A DNA stretch of 64,000 nt from Eledone cirrhosa (taxonomy: Eukaryota): NCBI GenBank assembly GCA_964016885.1, contig OZ024743.1:213590001-213654000 (forward strand), in the 5' to 3' direction. Positions 1 to 15,675 of this stretch are shown piece after piece. Position 1 is the first letter of the stretch; each line of letters opens with the position of its first letter. Below the pieces are notes generated by a model. The model did no database searches, was not told the origin of the DNA, and saw nothing but the letters and a program-made list of their open reading frames with translations. Position numbers and translations under genes: made by a program.

Positions 1-124
1 AAAAAAAAAAAATACACACACCGTACCAGCGTTATCCCAGTGGCGTGAATAGGATTATCGACAGCTAGAAATAGCAGCCGAGTCCATTCAAGTGAATTAG
101 CTCTACAATTAGGGGGCCGTTATT

Positions 125-509
125 ATATCCAAAATTAAAGTAAGGGTGTCATGTCCGAAAGACATGCACAATATCCACAGTAGAATATGCTCAAAGATTC
201 CAATGAATAGATCCGAGCATTTTATATCAACTAGAAATTGATTGACATATATATATATATATATAAAATAAACACATGAAACAATCACAGAGGATAATTA
301 GTAAAGTCTGTAAGCACACACAGCTAGGTAGGTAACTAATTAAAGTTTATCTAGAACTTCAAATATAGATACCTTTTAAAATGATTAATCTTCCTTGTAT
401 ATATTTCATTAAAGAAGTATATTTCGGATCTACTCAATGGAATCTTTGAGCATATTCTACAGTGGATATGGCGCGTGTCTTTCGGACATGACACCCTTAA
501 TTTAATTTT

Positions 510-513
<4 letters not shown>
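125..513. repeat. Imperfect inverted repeat (arms ~125-216 and ~422-513)
   Basis: atatccaaaattaaagtaagggtgtcatgtccgaaagac...gatccga is the reverse complement of tcggatc...gtctttcggacatgacacccttaatttaattttggatat, with scattered mismatches. Confidence 0.85.
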
Positions 514-597
<84 letters not shown>

Positions 598-599
<2 letters not shown>

Positions 600-660
600 C
601 ATCATCATCACCATCACCGTTTTACGTCCGTTCTTCCACGCTAGCATGGGTTAGACGGAC
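598..660 (-). mobile_element. 3' tail fragment of an RTE-type LINE/SINE with (ATG)n-like tail
   Basis: atcatcatcaccatcaccgttttacgtccgttcttccacgctagcatgggttagacgg resembles the recalled octopus RTE-family 3' end; not verified by search. Confidence 0.5.
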
Positions 661-709
<49 letters not shown>

Positions 710-712
<3 letters not shown>

Positions 713-825
713 GGAACAAGTAAGACCCCGACGGCTGAGCTCAAGCCGTTTCGACGGCTAATTCTGTACAGAATTAGCTGTCGAAACGGCTTGAGCTCAG
801 CCGTCGGGGTCTTACTTGTTCCTAT
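710..825. repeat. Near-perfect 116-bp palindrome built from the 3' half of a PLE hammerhead
   Basis: Centre at 767/768 with one mismatch. Each arm carries tagctgtc-GAAA-cggct-tgagctc-agccg-TC-ggggt, homologous to the motif at 15741-15777. Confidence 0.9.
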
Positions 826-902
826 TACCCACTCTACTACCCTAAGTATTGAGTACTTTGGTGCGTTATGGTCCACCTTGTTCCTTACCACATTTCCTTC
901 GT

Positions 903-1000
<98 letters not shown>

Positions 1001-1108
1001 GATATATATATATGTGTATGTAGATATATATATATGTGTATGTACATATATATATATATATGTATGTATATATATATAGATATATATATGTATATATATA
1101 TAGATATA

Positions 1109-1204
<96 letters not shown>

Positions 1205-1205
1205 T
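903..1205. repeat. (TA)n microsatellite with mostly G interruptions
   Basis: Direct reading. Confidence 0.95.
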
Positions 1206-1500
1206 GCAAAAGTTCTATTTAAATTGTTGGGATACAACAAGCAAATATTTTTATAACTGATATAAAGCACTGAACAAATATTTGGAGTAAACATACGATA
1301 TTAACAAATGGAAACTATATTTATAAAACCATATTTATTTCATTATACATATTTCAAGGACACCAAGTTAAATTATGGTGTGCTTTCATCAGACAAAATA
1401 TAATATAGATCAGTTTTATAAATAAATATTGACATACCCTTAAAAAATGCAACCATTACTGTTGGAAGTTCCCGGATATATATATATATATATATGTATG

Positions 1501-1541
<41 letters not shown>

Positions 1542-1544
1542 GTA

Positions 1545-3398
1545 TGAACTCCTCGCTCTCCGCTCCCTCCGTAGCCGAGATGACATCGTCATCAAACCGG
1601 CGGACAAGGGAGGCGCCGTAGTGGTATGGCGCGTGGACCTCTACACGGCCGAAGCCCTCAGGCAGCTCCGTAACCCCCTTTTTACCGCCCTCTACCCTCC
1701 GATCCCACCCCCCTCTACCAACAACAAGTCTCCTCCACCATCAAAGACCTTATCGCCTCCTCCCTCTTCCCCTCACCGCTTCCCACCTCATCGTCCGCAC
1801 CCCCCGCACTCCCACCATCTACTTCCTCCCCAAACTCCCCAAACCACACAACCCCGGCCGCCCCATCGTCTCCGCTTACAACTGCCCCACCGAACTCATC
1901 TCCGCCTTTCTCTAATCCCTCCTCGCCCCCCTTGTCACCACCCTCCCCTCCCACATCTCCGACTCCAATCACGCCCTGCGCCTTTTCGACTCCTTCACCT
2001 ACCTACCCAGCCCACATCCCTTCCTCTTCACCCTAGACATCAAGTCCCTCTATACCGTCATCCCCCACGCCGACGGCCTTCGCGCCCTCAAACACTACCT
2101 CGACCTTCGCCCCTCCCCCATTTCCTCCACCCCACCCTCCTTCGCCTCGCCGAGCTGGTCCACACCCTAAATTGTTTCTCCTTCTCGGGTGAGTTTTACC
2201 AACAGGTCACGGGGGTAGCCATCAGCACAAGAATGGGCCCGAACTATGCCAACCTTTTTGTTGGCCATGTTGAGGCCCAAATCTTTGCCCAGTACACCGG
2301 CCCCACGCCCGAACTGTATGGTCGTTACATTGACGACTGTATCGGAGCCACGACCCTCACCCGAGAACAGCTCGACTCCTTTCTCTCCTTCTTCTGCTCC
2401 TTCCACCCCTCCCTCCACTTCACCACCTCTATCTCCACCACCCACGTCCACTTCTTAGACATCTCCGTCGCCTTCGACCTCTCCCACCACTCCCTCGTCA
2501 CCTCCGCCTTCTTCAAACCCACCGACTCTCACTCTTACCTCGACTTCACCTCTTCCCACCCCACCCACACTAAACACTCCATTCCCTACTCCCAACTTCT
2601 CAGGATCCGCCGCCTCTGTAGCCGTGATGCTGACTTCGAGTCCCAGGACCTTTCCCTAGTCAGCCATTTCATCCGCAGAGGTTACCCCCCCCCCCCTCTC
2701 GTCTACACCGCTCTCACCCGCGCCCGTGCTATCCCCCGCTCCACCACCCTCACCTCACGCCACCACACACCCACCCACCGTCTCCCCTTCCCCATCACCT
2801 ACCACCCCTCCACCTTCCCCCTCCACCGCACCATCCGCCGCCTCTTCCGACGCCTCCAGTCCGACCCCTCCACCTCCCACATCTTCCCAATCCCACCACT
2901 CCCCTCCTTCAAACGCGCACGCAATCTCCGCACCCTCCTCGTCCACAGCTCCCTAACCCCCAACCCACGCTCTGTTTCCCCCCCGGTTCCTTTCCCTGTT
3001 CTAGGCCCCGCTGCAACACCTGTCCCCACATCACCAACACCACCACCTTCCAGGGTCCCAACGGCCACTCTCTCTCGGTCCGGCATGCCTTCCGCTGCAC
3101 CTCCTCCAACCTAGTCTACGGACTTCTGTCGGACTTATGTCGGACTTATGTCGGACAGACGGGACGTCGCCTGGCGGACCGAGTCACGGAGCACCTCCGG
3201 GATATTCGTCTCGGAGGCAGTTCCCCCATCGCCCGCCACTTTGGTGGCCCTGGACACTCCGCACGCCATCTCACAGTCTGTGGCCTACTCCAGTGCCACG
3301 GAACACCCGCCCATCGCCTTACGGTCGAACAACGAACTATCTTCATCTTACAGACCCACACTCCCCCCAGCCTGAACTCCCCACCCTTATTCCTTTAG
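1545..3398 (+). pseudogene. Frameshifted PLE reverse transcriptase + GIY-YIG endonuclease
   Basis: IKPADKGGAVVVW, GVAISTRMGPNYANLFVG, GRYIDDC, KPTDSHSYLDFTSSHP..SIPYSQLLRIRRLCS. Shifted frames give CSRPRCNTC, CTSSNLVY and YVGQTGRRLADRVTEH. Confidence 0.9.
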
Positions 3399-4714
3399 CG
3401 TTCGACCGCCCCCCTCCCCCACACTTATCCCCCACTCACACCACTAACACACCCCTCCTTTTCACCGCCCACCCCACACTAACAATACTAACACCTCCAC
3501 TCCACCCCTCATCTGACCACCCTTCCCCAACTAACATACTAACATCCCTTCCCTCCCTCTTCTCCTCCCCCCTCCTTATCACAGGCACACACGCACCCAC
3601 TTACACCACCCACCCCACACGCAACTAACATCACTAACACCCCCCAACCCCACGCACACGTACCCACACACCCTCGTACACCACCAACTCTACACACCCT
3701 ACCACTACTAATCCCCACTCACACCTGCATTCCACCCCTCCCCACCTCCCGTATACTAACACCCACTAACACCTCTTCACCAAACTAGACACACACCAGT
3801 ACACCACACTCCCTCCATAGAACCACACACACCCTTCCCTCCCCACTCCACCCACACCCCCGCTCCACACTCACTCATCCCACTAACACCCCTACTAATA
3901 CACACACACACACCCTCCTTACTCCAACTTTCACACCTACCCATCCTTGCCCCCTTACCATTCCACCGACTGCTGCTATGCCCTTCTGACCACCTCCGAG
4001 CACCAACAGACCACAGCACTCCCACTCCTGACCACTTCCTGTTGCGCGCGCACCCCACATCTCTCCTCTTCCGACCACCGCTTCATGGATTACCCACACG
4101 CAGAAATTGACTTATAACCAATCCTCCAAAATCCTTGGAACTTACCAAGTTTTCAACCATCCTCTTACGTCATCACCTATATAACTCACCCTCACACACA
4201 CCCCAACAAATTTTTTTCTCCACACGCCACCCACACCCACAACCCGCTTTAACCCCACACACACGTGCTTCCCACTACATATTTACACCCTCAGCCTCCT
4301 GATTCCTCTCCCCCACCCCCTATCCACACACGCACAGACACTCCTACCCACAAAAAAACACCCCCCACACACACCTCTTCCTGAACATGCAACCCCGTTC
4401 TTCCCCCAACCCTTACTTTCACATACACACACACACGCACACCTACACACACACCACCTTCAGCCCTCCCCGCTCGGACACCCCGTCTCCCTCTCCCAAC
4501 TCCACCCGCCACCACCCCTACTCACCCCACACCCTTCCACCACCTGTTTACCCCCTTTTAATTTCAGTTTATTTTGATCATGCCTTTATATTTAAATTTT
4601 CTCATTCCTTGTATTTTGATCATGCTTTATTTTTATATTTTTTATCTTTTTTCGCTATATGTCTCTCCACCACTCCCCTACACACCTTTTGAACTCTGTT
4701 CCCACACACTTCTC

Positions 4715-4746
4715 ACCTGAGGAAGGGCTTATGCCCGAAACGTCGT
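4715..4746 (+). ncRNA. Minimal type I hammerhead ribozyme
   Basis: ac-CTGAGGA-a-gggc ttat gccc-GAAA-cg-TC-gt; stem I is only 2 bp. Confidence 0.75.
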
Positions 4747-4885
4747 CCCCCACCTACCCCCCACTCTCCTGAGCGTGAAATTAATAAACATTTATTGTAC
4801 TGCCTCTCTGTTTTGTCCCTGTTCAAAGTTTTTCATTATGTATGTATATATATATATATATGTAGGTATATATATATATATATAT

Positions 4886-5620
4886 CTAAACAGAATAATT
4901 TTTGAAGCTTGTTTCTCCCCCACGGTATGCTATATTTTCTGTTGTTCTCCTGTCTCACTCGCTTTACGCGTTTTAATTGTCCTAATAACTTATTCTGGTT
5001 ATTATTGCACCGAAGTGAGATATATGATTTTTAATGCAATGAAATATCTATGATCTTCGGCAAATCACTGATGAGGGACGTATTTTATTACATGTTACCA
5101 TGTGCTACCTGCAGTATTTTTCTCTATATTTTAATACATATATTCACCACTGCAATTCTGTGTTTTTTTCTCTCTCTCTTACTGTTCCCCCATTCTCTCT
5201 GTTTCTCCCCCTCTGTCTTGTCCGTTAACTCTTCCTCACACTTTCACTCACTCACTGTTTTTCTCCCTCTTCTCTTCATTTCATCCTGCACTCACGAACG
5301 CTATTTTTTCTCTCTCTGCTCAATGGCCTTCGTTCGTGCTGGCACTATTCTCTAAGCGCTCATATATTCACCTAGCTTACGCTAAACAGAATAATTTTTG
5401 AAGCTTGTTTCTCCCCCACGGTATGCTATATTTTCTGTTGTTCTCCTGTCTCACTCGCTTTACGCGTTTTAATTGTCCTAATAACTTATTTTGGTTATTA
5501 TTGCACCGAAGTGAGATATATGATTTTTAATGCAATGAAATATCTATGATCTTCGGCAAATCACTGATGAGGGACGTATTTTATTACATGTTACCATGTG
5601 CTACCTGCAGTATTTTTCTC
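4886..5620. repeat. Tandem duplication, ~496-bp unit (about 1.5 copies), non-coding, pLTR-like
   Basis: ctaaacagaataatttttgaagcttg... at 4886 recurs almost identically at 5382. Confidence 0.9.
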
Positions 5621-5629
5621 TCTCTCTCT

Positions 5630-6162
<533 letters not shown>

Positions 6163-6201
6163 TGAAATATATGAATCAAAGAACTGTTCAAAACATTATT
6201 G

Positions 6202-6248
6202 TGCTTACAGCTGTTTCCTCCAAACCGAGGTTTGGATTCTTCGGAGCA
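6202..6248 (-). ncRNA. Type I hammerhead-like motif, CCGAAGA core (mirror copy)
   Basis: Reverse complement of 10121-10167. Confidence 0.65.
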
Positions 6249-7576
6249 ATTTATTAATGCATGGACAGTTATATGACCTCCTTTTCAGCCGAGAGACATA
6301 CCAATACATATTCAAACATTGATACATATTCAAACATTGTGGGTCAACATTCATTACAGAATTTAGAGTGGCAGTACACACTTCGAGATTACATTTATAT
6401 TAATAGGTACAATCAAAAAAATCAAAGATATAGGTTAAAGTACAACATGAAGATAAGTGGTTATATAGTGCAAATGTTATATGTGTGGCACGCATGTGCG
6501 TCTTGTTTATATAGTGTGGCAGAGAGATATGTGTGGTAGAGGCACTTAGGTAGGTAAATAAGAGTGTTAGGTTGGTAGATCTGGTGGCAAAGTCTTTATA
6601 TGATTGATATAGTCTGTGTGTGGAGAAATATTATAAGCATTAAAGATAGTGCAAGCATTAAAAGTGTTATAAGTATTGGAGATGCACAGCGCAGGGATGT
6701 CAAGTAATTCATGTACTTCGGTATTTTCATGGTCAAGGGAGTGTATATTTCGATTATATGCCTTTCACATAATCCACGACAATCCAGTTAGAGATCGTAG
6801 TCTGGTGCTCTTTAGTTCGATACAGGTGGTTGTTACGTTTCGAGAGACGCCATTGAATACCGGAAGTGTGTGTGTGGCTAAGGGGAGTTAATGCATGCGG
6901 GGAGGTAACTCTGGGGTTTCTATATCTAGCCATTAAAATGTGTCTCAATATAGACCCTAAATTCTATGGTGAGGTGCACCTTCCAAGAGAGACTTTTAAA
7001 GCATAAAGTGTACTAACTATAGAGTAGTTTAACTAAATTATGCTGAAGGTGATCATATTATTATTAGGGTGGATTAACCCATCTTAAGGTGCTACAAATG
7101 GAAATTATAGATGATGAGCGAGGGTTCTAAATTAATGATCTCTATGGTTGTAGTCTGCTCATATGACCAGGCGCGGTGATTGCAGGATTGCTTCAGGACC
7201 CAATGATCTCTGGTAAGATCCGGGTCATCGCTTGCTACATTGGATGTCGAAAGATAATCATCCCCAAGCAGGCCAAAGGTCAAGTCGCAGTCCTCGCGAC
7301 CCCTCTCTGACCGTCAGATCATCCATATACGTACAACCCGCACGGCAGTTGCATTGCATTCACTCACTGCGCTCAGCGGCCTGGTCCTACTGGTCAACAG
7401 CGCTACTCGATTAAATCATTTTACATCTGTCTAAGGAAGGTGTTTCCTCTGCCCAACACCATCCAACCGATCAATTGATGCTCAAATTACCCTTAGAGCG
7501 GCGTAGTGCCGTCCAGGTGGGTGGATGTTGTCACACCTGCCGTAGAGGTATAAATGGGTATTTTCCCTGCGAAGGG

Positions 7577-8677
7577 ATATTTAGCAAAAACTCACAATAT
7601 TACAATCAAGCATTAGCTAGCTCCGGCCATAATATAGAAATTGAGTTCCTACCTAAGAAAACACATAGCTACAACATCATCTCGCACAACATGTCCATGA
7701 GGAAATCTAATAATAGGAATAGCAACCACAAGTACACCAAAGCGGAGGGTGCCACCGGAAGTAACCATTACCATGGAAACTACTGTGAGGCCTTAGGAGG
7801 AAGCAACACACCAAACACTAAAAGCAAAAATAGAAGAAGAAATAATACATTTTTCAACCCTCCTTTCAACCTAAATGTCTCCACCAACATACCTAGGGCT
7901 TTCTTCTCACTACTAGATAAAAACTTCCCTCTAGGACACAAGTACCACAACCTCTTAAACAAAAACACCATTAAAATCTCATACTCCACGACGCCTAACT
8001 TAGCATACCACATAGCTAGCAGCAATAATAGTAAAATTAGTTCTTACTTCCAACAAACAAAATCGCAACGGGATGCAAACCCTCTAAATACCACTGTAGC
8101 AAGCAACAATAGCAACGGCAGTAACAATGGAAATAACACTAGTATAAGTAATAACACCAGGGTTGTCAACCTGAACACCCAAAATCCTATACCCACCACA
8201 CAGACTTCCGCATTGCATTATAACCAGCGGACTAACGCACAGAATAATTGTAACTGTAGAGCTAATAGAACCTGCCCTTTAGATAAAAAATGCCTAACCA
8301 AGGATGTCATATACTCATGCACAGTCACGACTAATAACTCTTCAGAAACCTATGTAGGCTCCACTTCTAACTGCTTCAAAATTGGATATAACTCGCACAT
8401 CCACTCGTTCAAAAAGCACAGCCTAGCCAACTCCACCTCACTTTCTAGCTACATTCACTATCTAAAATCTAAAAATAAACCATACACACTCAAATGGGAA
8501 GTGATAGGCAGCGCGACCTCGTACAAACCACCTAATAAATTCTGTAACCTCTGTATACTAGAGACACACAATATTATCTTCTCCAACCGTAACCTACTTA
8601 ACAAAAAATCTGAGGTGTTTGCAACTTGCCAGCACCGCCTCAGACATTCCTTCCAAAACTTTAAGCCCCATATATAG
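7577..8677 (+). CDS. PLE C-terminal region (thumb/linker + GIY-YIG endonuclease), 5'-truncated
   Basis: FFNPPFNLNVSTNI, KNTIKISYS, CNCRANRTCPLDKKC, DVIYSC..ETYVGST, CNLCILE, LLNKKSE..CQHR. The ORF-track start at 7475 lies in the inverted arm. Confidence 0.88.
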   Translation: MFSKNSQYYNQALASSGHNIEIEFLPKKTHSYNIISHNMSMRKSNNRNSNHKYTKAEGATGSNHYHGNYCEALGGSNTPNTKSKNRRRNNTFFNPPFNLNVSTNIPRAFFSLLDKNFPLGHKYHNLLNKNTIKISYSTTPNLAYHIASSNNSKISSYFQQTKSQRDANPLNTTVASNNSNGSNNGNNTSISNNTRVVNLNTQNPIPTTQTSALHYNQRTNAQNNCNCRANRTCPLDKKCLTKDVIYSCTVTTNNSSETYVGSTSNCFKIGYNSHIHSFKKHSLANSTSLSSYIHYLKSKNKPYTLKWEVIGSATSYKPPNKFCNLCILETHNIIFSNRNLLNKKSEVFATCQHRLRHSFQNFKPHI

Positions 8678-10120
8678 CAATGTCGGACTGGAACCTAACA
8701 CCACATCTAGCATCAAACACCAGAGACACACCCTATACTACATACCCAACACTAGCTGATACATTATAACACAAACAACGACATCCCTCTGGAACCCTTC
8801 GCAGGGAAAATACCCATTTATACCTCTACGGCAGGTGTGACAACATCCACCCACCTGGACGGCACTACGCCGCTCTAAGGGTAATTTGAGCATCAATTGA
8901 TCGGTTGGATGGTGTTGGGCAGAGGAAACACCTTCCTTAGACAGATGTAAAATGATTTAATCGAGTAGCGCTGTTGACCAGTAGGACCAGGCCGCTGAGC
9001 GCAGTGAGTGAATGCAATGCAACTGCCGTGCGGGTTGTACGTATATGGATGATCTGACGGTCAGAGAGGGGTCGCGAGGACTGCGACTTGACCTTTGGCC
9101 TGCTTGGGGATGATTATCTTTCGACATCCAATGTAGCAAGCGATGACCCGGATCTTACCAGAGATCATTGGGTCCTGAAGCAATCCTGCAATCACCGCGC
9201 CTGGTCATATGAGCAGACTACAACCATAGAGATCATTAATTTAGAACCCTCGCTCATCATCTATAATTTCCATTTGTAGCACCTTAAGATGGGTTAATCC
9301 ACCCTAATAATAATATGATCACCTTCAGCATAATTTAGTTAAACTACTCTATAGTTAGTACACTTTATGCTTTAAAAGTCTCTCTTGGAAGGTGCACCTC
9401 ACCATAGAATTTAGGGTCTATATTGAGACACATTTTAATGGCTAGATATAGAAACCCAGAGTTACCTCCCCGCATGCATTAACTCCCCTTAGCCACACAC
9501 ACACTTCCGGTATTCAATGGCGTCTCTCGAAACGTAACAACCACCTGTATCGAACTAAAGAGCACCAGACTACGATCTCTAACTGGATTGTCGTGGATTA
9601 TGTGAAAGGCATATAATCGAAATATACACTCCCTTGACCATGAAAATACCGAAGTACATGAATTACTTGACATCCCTGCGCTGTGCATCTCCAATACTTA
9701 TAACACTTTTAATGCTTGCACTATCTTTAATGCTTATAATATTTCTCCACACACAGACTATATCAATCATATAAAGACTTTGCCACCAGATCTACCAACC
9801 TAACACTCTTATTTACCTACCTAAGTGCCTCTACCACACATATCTCTCTGCCACACTATATAAACAAGACGCACATGCGTGCCACACATATAACATTTGC
9901 ACTATATAACCACTTATCTTCATGTTGTACTTTAACCTATATCTTTGATTTTTTGATTGTACCTATTAATATAAATGTAATCTCGAAGTGTGTACTGCCA
10001 CTCTAAATTCTGTAATGAATGTTGACCCACAATGTTTGAATATGTATCAATGTTTGAATATGTATTGGTATGTCTCTCGGCTGAAAAGGAGGTCATATAA
10101 CTGTCCATGCATTAATAAAT

Positions 10121-10167
10121 TGCTCCGAAGAATCCAAACCTCGGTTTGGAGGAAACAGCTGTAAGCA
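10121..10167 (+). ncRNA. Type I hammerhead-like motif, CCGAAGA core, palindromic stem III
   Basis: tgct-CCGAAGA-a-tccaaacc tc ggtttgga-g-GAAA-cagctg-TA-agca. Confidence 0.7.
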
Positions 10168-10368
10168 CAATAATGTTTTGAACAGTTCTTTGATTCATAT
10201 ATTTCATATAACTGCTCTGTAAATCATCTGATGTTTTTACATTGAGCTACTTAACTTACTGGTAATAAGGCAGTAATACATTACTGCCTACCACTATTTA
10301 GGGTGTGTGTAAAATACTTACAACTACTTAAGGTTTTGTGTTTACATAACCATAAATAGTATAACTAA

Positions 10369-12720
<2,352 letters not shown>

Positions 12721-12723
12721 AAA

Positions 12724-12831
12724 AAGTATGACCCCGACGGCAGAGCTCAAGCCGTTTCGACGGCTATTTCTGGACTAAATTAGAGTTTATAGCCTGGTGA
12801 AGAAACAGCCGAACTTGTCAAGGGGGTACTT
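12724..12831 (-). ncRNA. Type I hammerhead, U3-A8 core, long stem II
   Basis: On minus strand: aagta-ccccc-TTGACAA-g..cggctgtttct..agaaatagccg-tc-GAAA-cggc..gccg-TC-ggggt..tactt. Confidence 0.72.
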
Positions 12832-13512
12832 CCTTATATGGGAAGATTGTAGTTGTCAAGAGGATTGGCTAAAATGTGTTGTAAACACAAATAAGTCTAT
12901 CATGGCATTTGGTGGGAGGTAGGGTGGCTGAACTTGCCTGTAGAAGAATAGGGGTGTGAGTGGAGTCGGTCAAGCGTTGAAAGTGATAAGTATACAGCAG
13001 ATTCTAAGGATAATGTATGAAATGGAGGAGGGAGGTTATAGAATAGGCAATTCGAATGAGAGTAGGAGACAATAACATAATAGAAAGAAATAAAAAAAAT
13101 GTATAAAATTAGATAGTGAGAAATGAATAAAAAGAAATCACAATGCTATCTTACAATTACAGGTTGAGAATAGAAAAAAATTGTTGATATGGAGTAGTAA
13201 CAAACCTGAAACAAAATTAAAGGTGTCTAACACATCTGCTATAAGTAGTTAGTAAAACGTATTCGGCCAATTCTATCTTAAAATTACAGGGGTGAGGGAA
13301 CTGATGCTACAGAAGCCCGATGGGCTGCATCGGGGTAGGCGAAAGGGGAAAAGCAGACGAGGAAGAAAATAGGGGTGTAAGGAAGTGATAATATGAGACA
13401 GGGGGAAGAAGAAGACATAGAGGAAAAGAAAAGAGATACATCTACCTATGTAAGCTGGGGTTTCCCCTAACTTATTCGGCAAGTGTGTGTGTGCTTGGGT
13501 ATCAGCGCTTGT

Positions 13513-14632
13513 CTACCCACCCAGGTCGTTATGGGTTGTGAGGGTGAGGTAAGTCATACGCAATCTGTGTTTGCATGCGGTTACCAGTTCGTCTTTCTTG
13601 TTTAGGAGTTGGTCCTTCGAAAACAGCATTTGTAATGTTTCCTCCCAGCATAAGTTACACGAACGGCGTCCTCCCGTGTAAAAGTTAGCTCTGGGCAGAA
13701 AGCTCCAAGTGAGATAGTAGGTTATATTATTATTTTGGAGGTCCCAGATGTGGCCCGAAAGTGTAGTGGCATGTCGCCGGACCGGGTTTCGGAATGTATG
13801 TCGGTGTTCAGTAGAGCCGAGTCTTGAAGTCACACACGGTTAATCCCATATAAGCTTTGTTGGATGTGTCCGTCCTCACGTTGCACTGGTAGATCACGTT
13901 ACGTTCTCGACATGTGTTGTTGAGGGGGGCACGTAGACTATCAGCGCAGTTACACCTCCTGGTCGGCTCTCCATGGATGTCTAGGTTGTTTCTTCCATAG
14001 GGATTGATTTTTTTGTTGTTTGAGGAGACGATGTTTTGTGCGAAGTTAGCTGTGGTGCTGTAGGAGAGTTTGATGGTGTTTTTGTTGATTATGTTGTGGT
14101 AGCGGTGTTGTAGTGGGAAGTGTTTTTCGAGGAGCCTAAAGAAGATTTCCCCGATAGGTGTTGCCACCTCGGCATTATAGTGAGAATTGAACGACGTTAC
14201 GTTGCGTCAGCGGCGGTGTCACCTGCTGGTTACGCTAAGGGAAGGTGGATAAAAGGATATTTCCTCCCGGAAGCCACTCCGCTTGAGGGCCTGGTTGTAA
14301 TAAGGCGCATGTTCGTCGAATTAGCGGACAAACGAGATATGCGGAGGGAGATGTTTTTAACCAGGTTATTGCTGATGTTTCTAGGATGGATAGAGCTGCG
14401 GTGGATGTAGTGCAGATTGTCGTTTGGTTTCACATATGGGTAGTACAGATAATTTTCGAGGTTCAGGGGAACGTCCAGGAAATTGACTCGGGTTAGGGAC
14501 GTTTGTAGGGTGATTTTTAATCCCCAGTCCCGGAAGAAGTTGATTAGTTGTTTACGGACCCGGTCTGTACTACTGGGGTTGTACCCTTTGAGGGTGAGGA
14601 GACCATCATCCCGGTACAATCCACCGCCGAAT
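13513..14632 (-). pseudogene. PLE RT C-terminus + GIY-YIG, frameshifted
   Basis: GGLYRDDGL, VNFLDV, YIHRSSIHP..I..NL, KHFPLQHRYHNIINKNTIKLSYS, CNC, NVIYQC..AYMGLT, CNLC, LLNKKDELVTACKHR. Confidence 0.88.
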
Positions 14633-14637
14633 GCATA

Positions 14638-15195
14638 CATCTCCCTCCGCATATCTCGTTTGTCCACTAATGAGCAGATATTCGAGGAACATGCGCCTCA
14701 TTACAACCAGGCCCTCAAGGAGTGGCTTCCGGGAGGAAATATCCTTTTATCCAGCTTCCCTTAGCGGAACCAGCAGGCGACACCGCCGCTCACGCAACGT
14801 AACGTGGTTCAAGCCTCCCCTTAATGCCGAGGTGGCAACACCTATCGGGAAAATCTTCTTTAGGCTCCTCGAAAAACACTTCCCACTACAACACCGCTAC
14901 CACAACATAATCAACAAAAACACCACCAAACTCTCTTACAGCACCACACCTAACTTCGCACAAAACATCGTCTCCTCAAACAACAAAAAACTCAACCCCT
15001 ATGGAAGAAACAACCTAGACATCAGTGGAGAACCGACAAGGAGGTGTAACTGCCCTGATAGATCTACGTGCCCCCTCAACAACACATTCCTAGAACGTAA
15101 CGTGATCTACCAGTGCAACGTGAGGACGGACACCTCCAACAAAGCTTATATGGGATTAACCGCGTGTGACTTCAAGACCCGGCTCTACCAACACT
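14638..15195 (+). pseudogene. PLE linker + N-terminal part of GIY-YIG, internally deleted
   Basis: WFKPPLNAEVATPIG, CNCPDRSTCPL, NVIYQC..AYMGLT; joins directly to the distal 3' UTR at ~15195. Confidence 0.85.
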
Positions 15196-15675
15196 GTAGC
15201 ATCAGTTCCTCCACTCCTGTAATTTTAAGATAGAATTGGCCGAATACGTTTTACTAACTACTTATAGCAGATGTGTTAGACCCCTTTAATTTTGTTTCAG
15301 GTTTGTTACTACTCCATATCAACAATTTTTTTTATATTCTCAACCTGTAATTGTAAGAAAGCATTGTGATTTCTTTTTTATTCATTTCTCACTATCTAAT
15401 CTTATATATTTTTTTATTTCTTTCTATTATCTTTTATTGTCTCCTACTCTCATTCGAATTACCTATTCTATAACCTCCCTCTTCCATTTCATACACTATC
15501 CTTAGAATCTGCTGTATACTTATCACCTCAACGCTTGACCGACTCCACTCACCCCCTATTGTTCTACAGGCAAGTTCAGCCACCCCTACCTCCCACCAAA
15601 TGTCATGATAGACATATGTGTGTTTACAACAAATGTTAACAATCCTCTTGACAATTACAATCTTGCCATATAAGG

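Larger units (their letters stand above)
1545..4836 (+). mobile_element. 5'-truncated Penelope-like element (Neptune/Poseidon-like), C-rich, with long 3' UTR, HHR and AATAAA
   Basis: RT and GIY-YIG remnants; HHR at 4715; AATAAA near 4783; flanked by (TA)n. Confidence 0.9.

Noticed and set aside
1447-1544. ATG at 1447 as the start of a 555-aa protein
   Set aside because: It runs through flanking microsatellite, and the PLE reading frame switches several times
9143-9180. SECIS-like ATGA..TGA hairpin (some Naiad PLEs encode selenoproteins)
   Set aside because: No apical AA motif, no in-frame TGA in the ORF, and the EN here is C-terminal rather than Naiad-type
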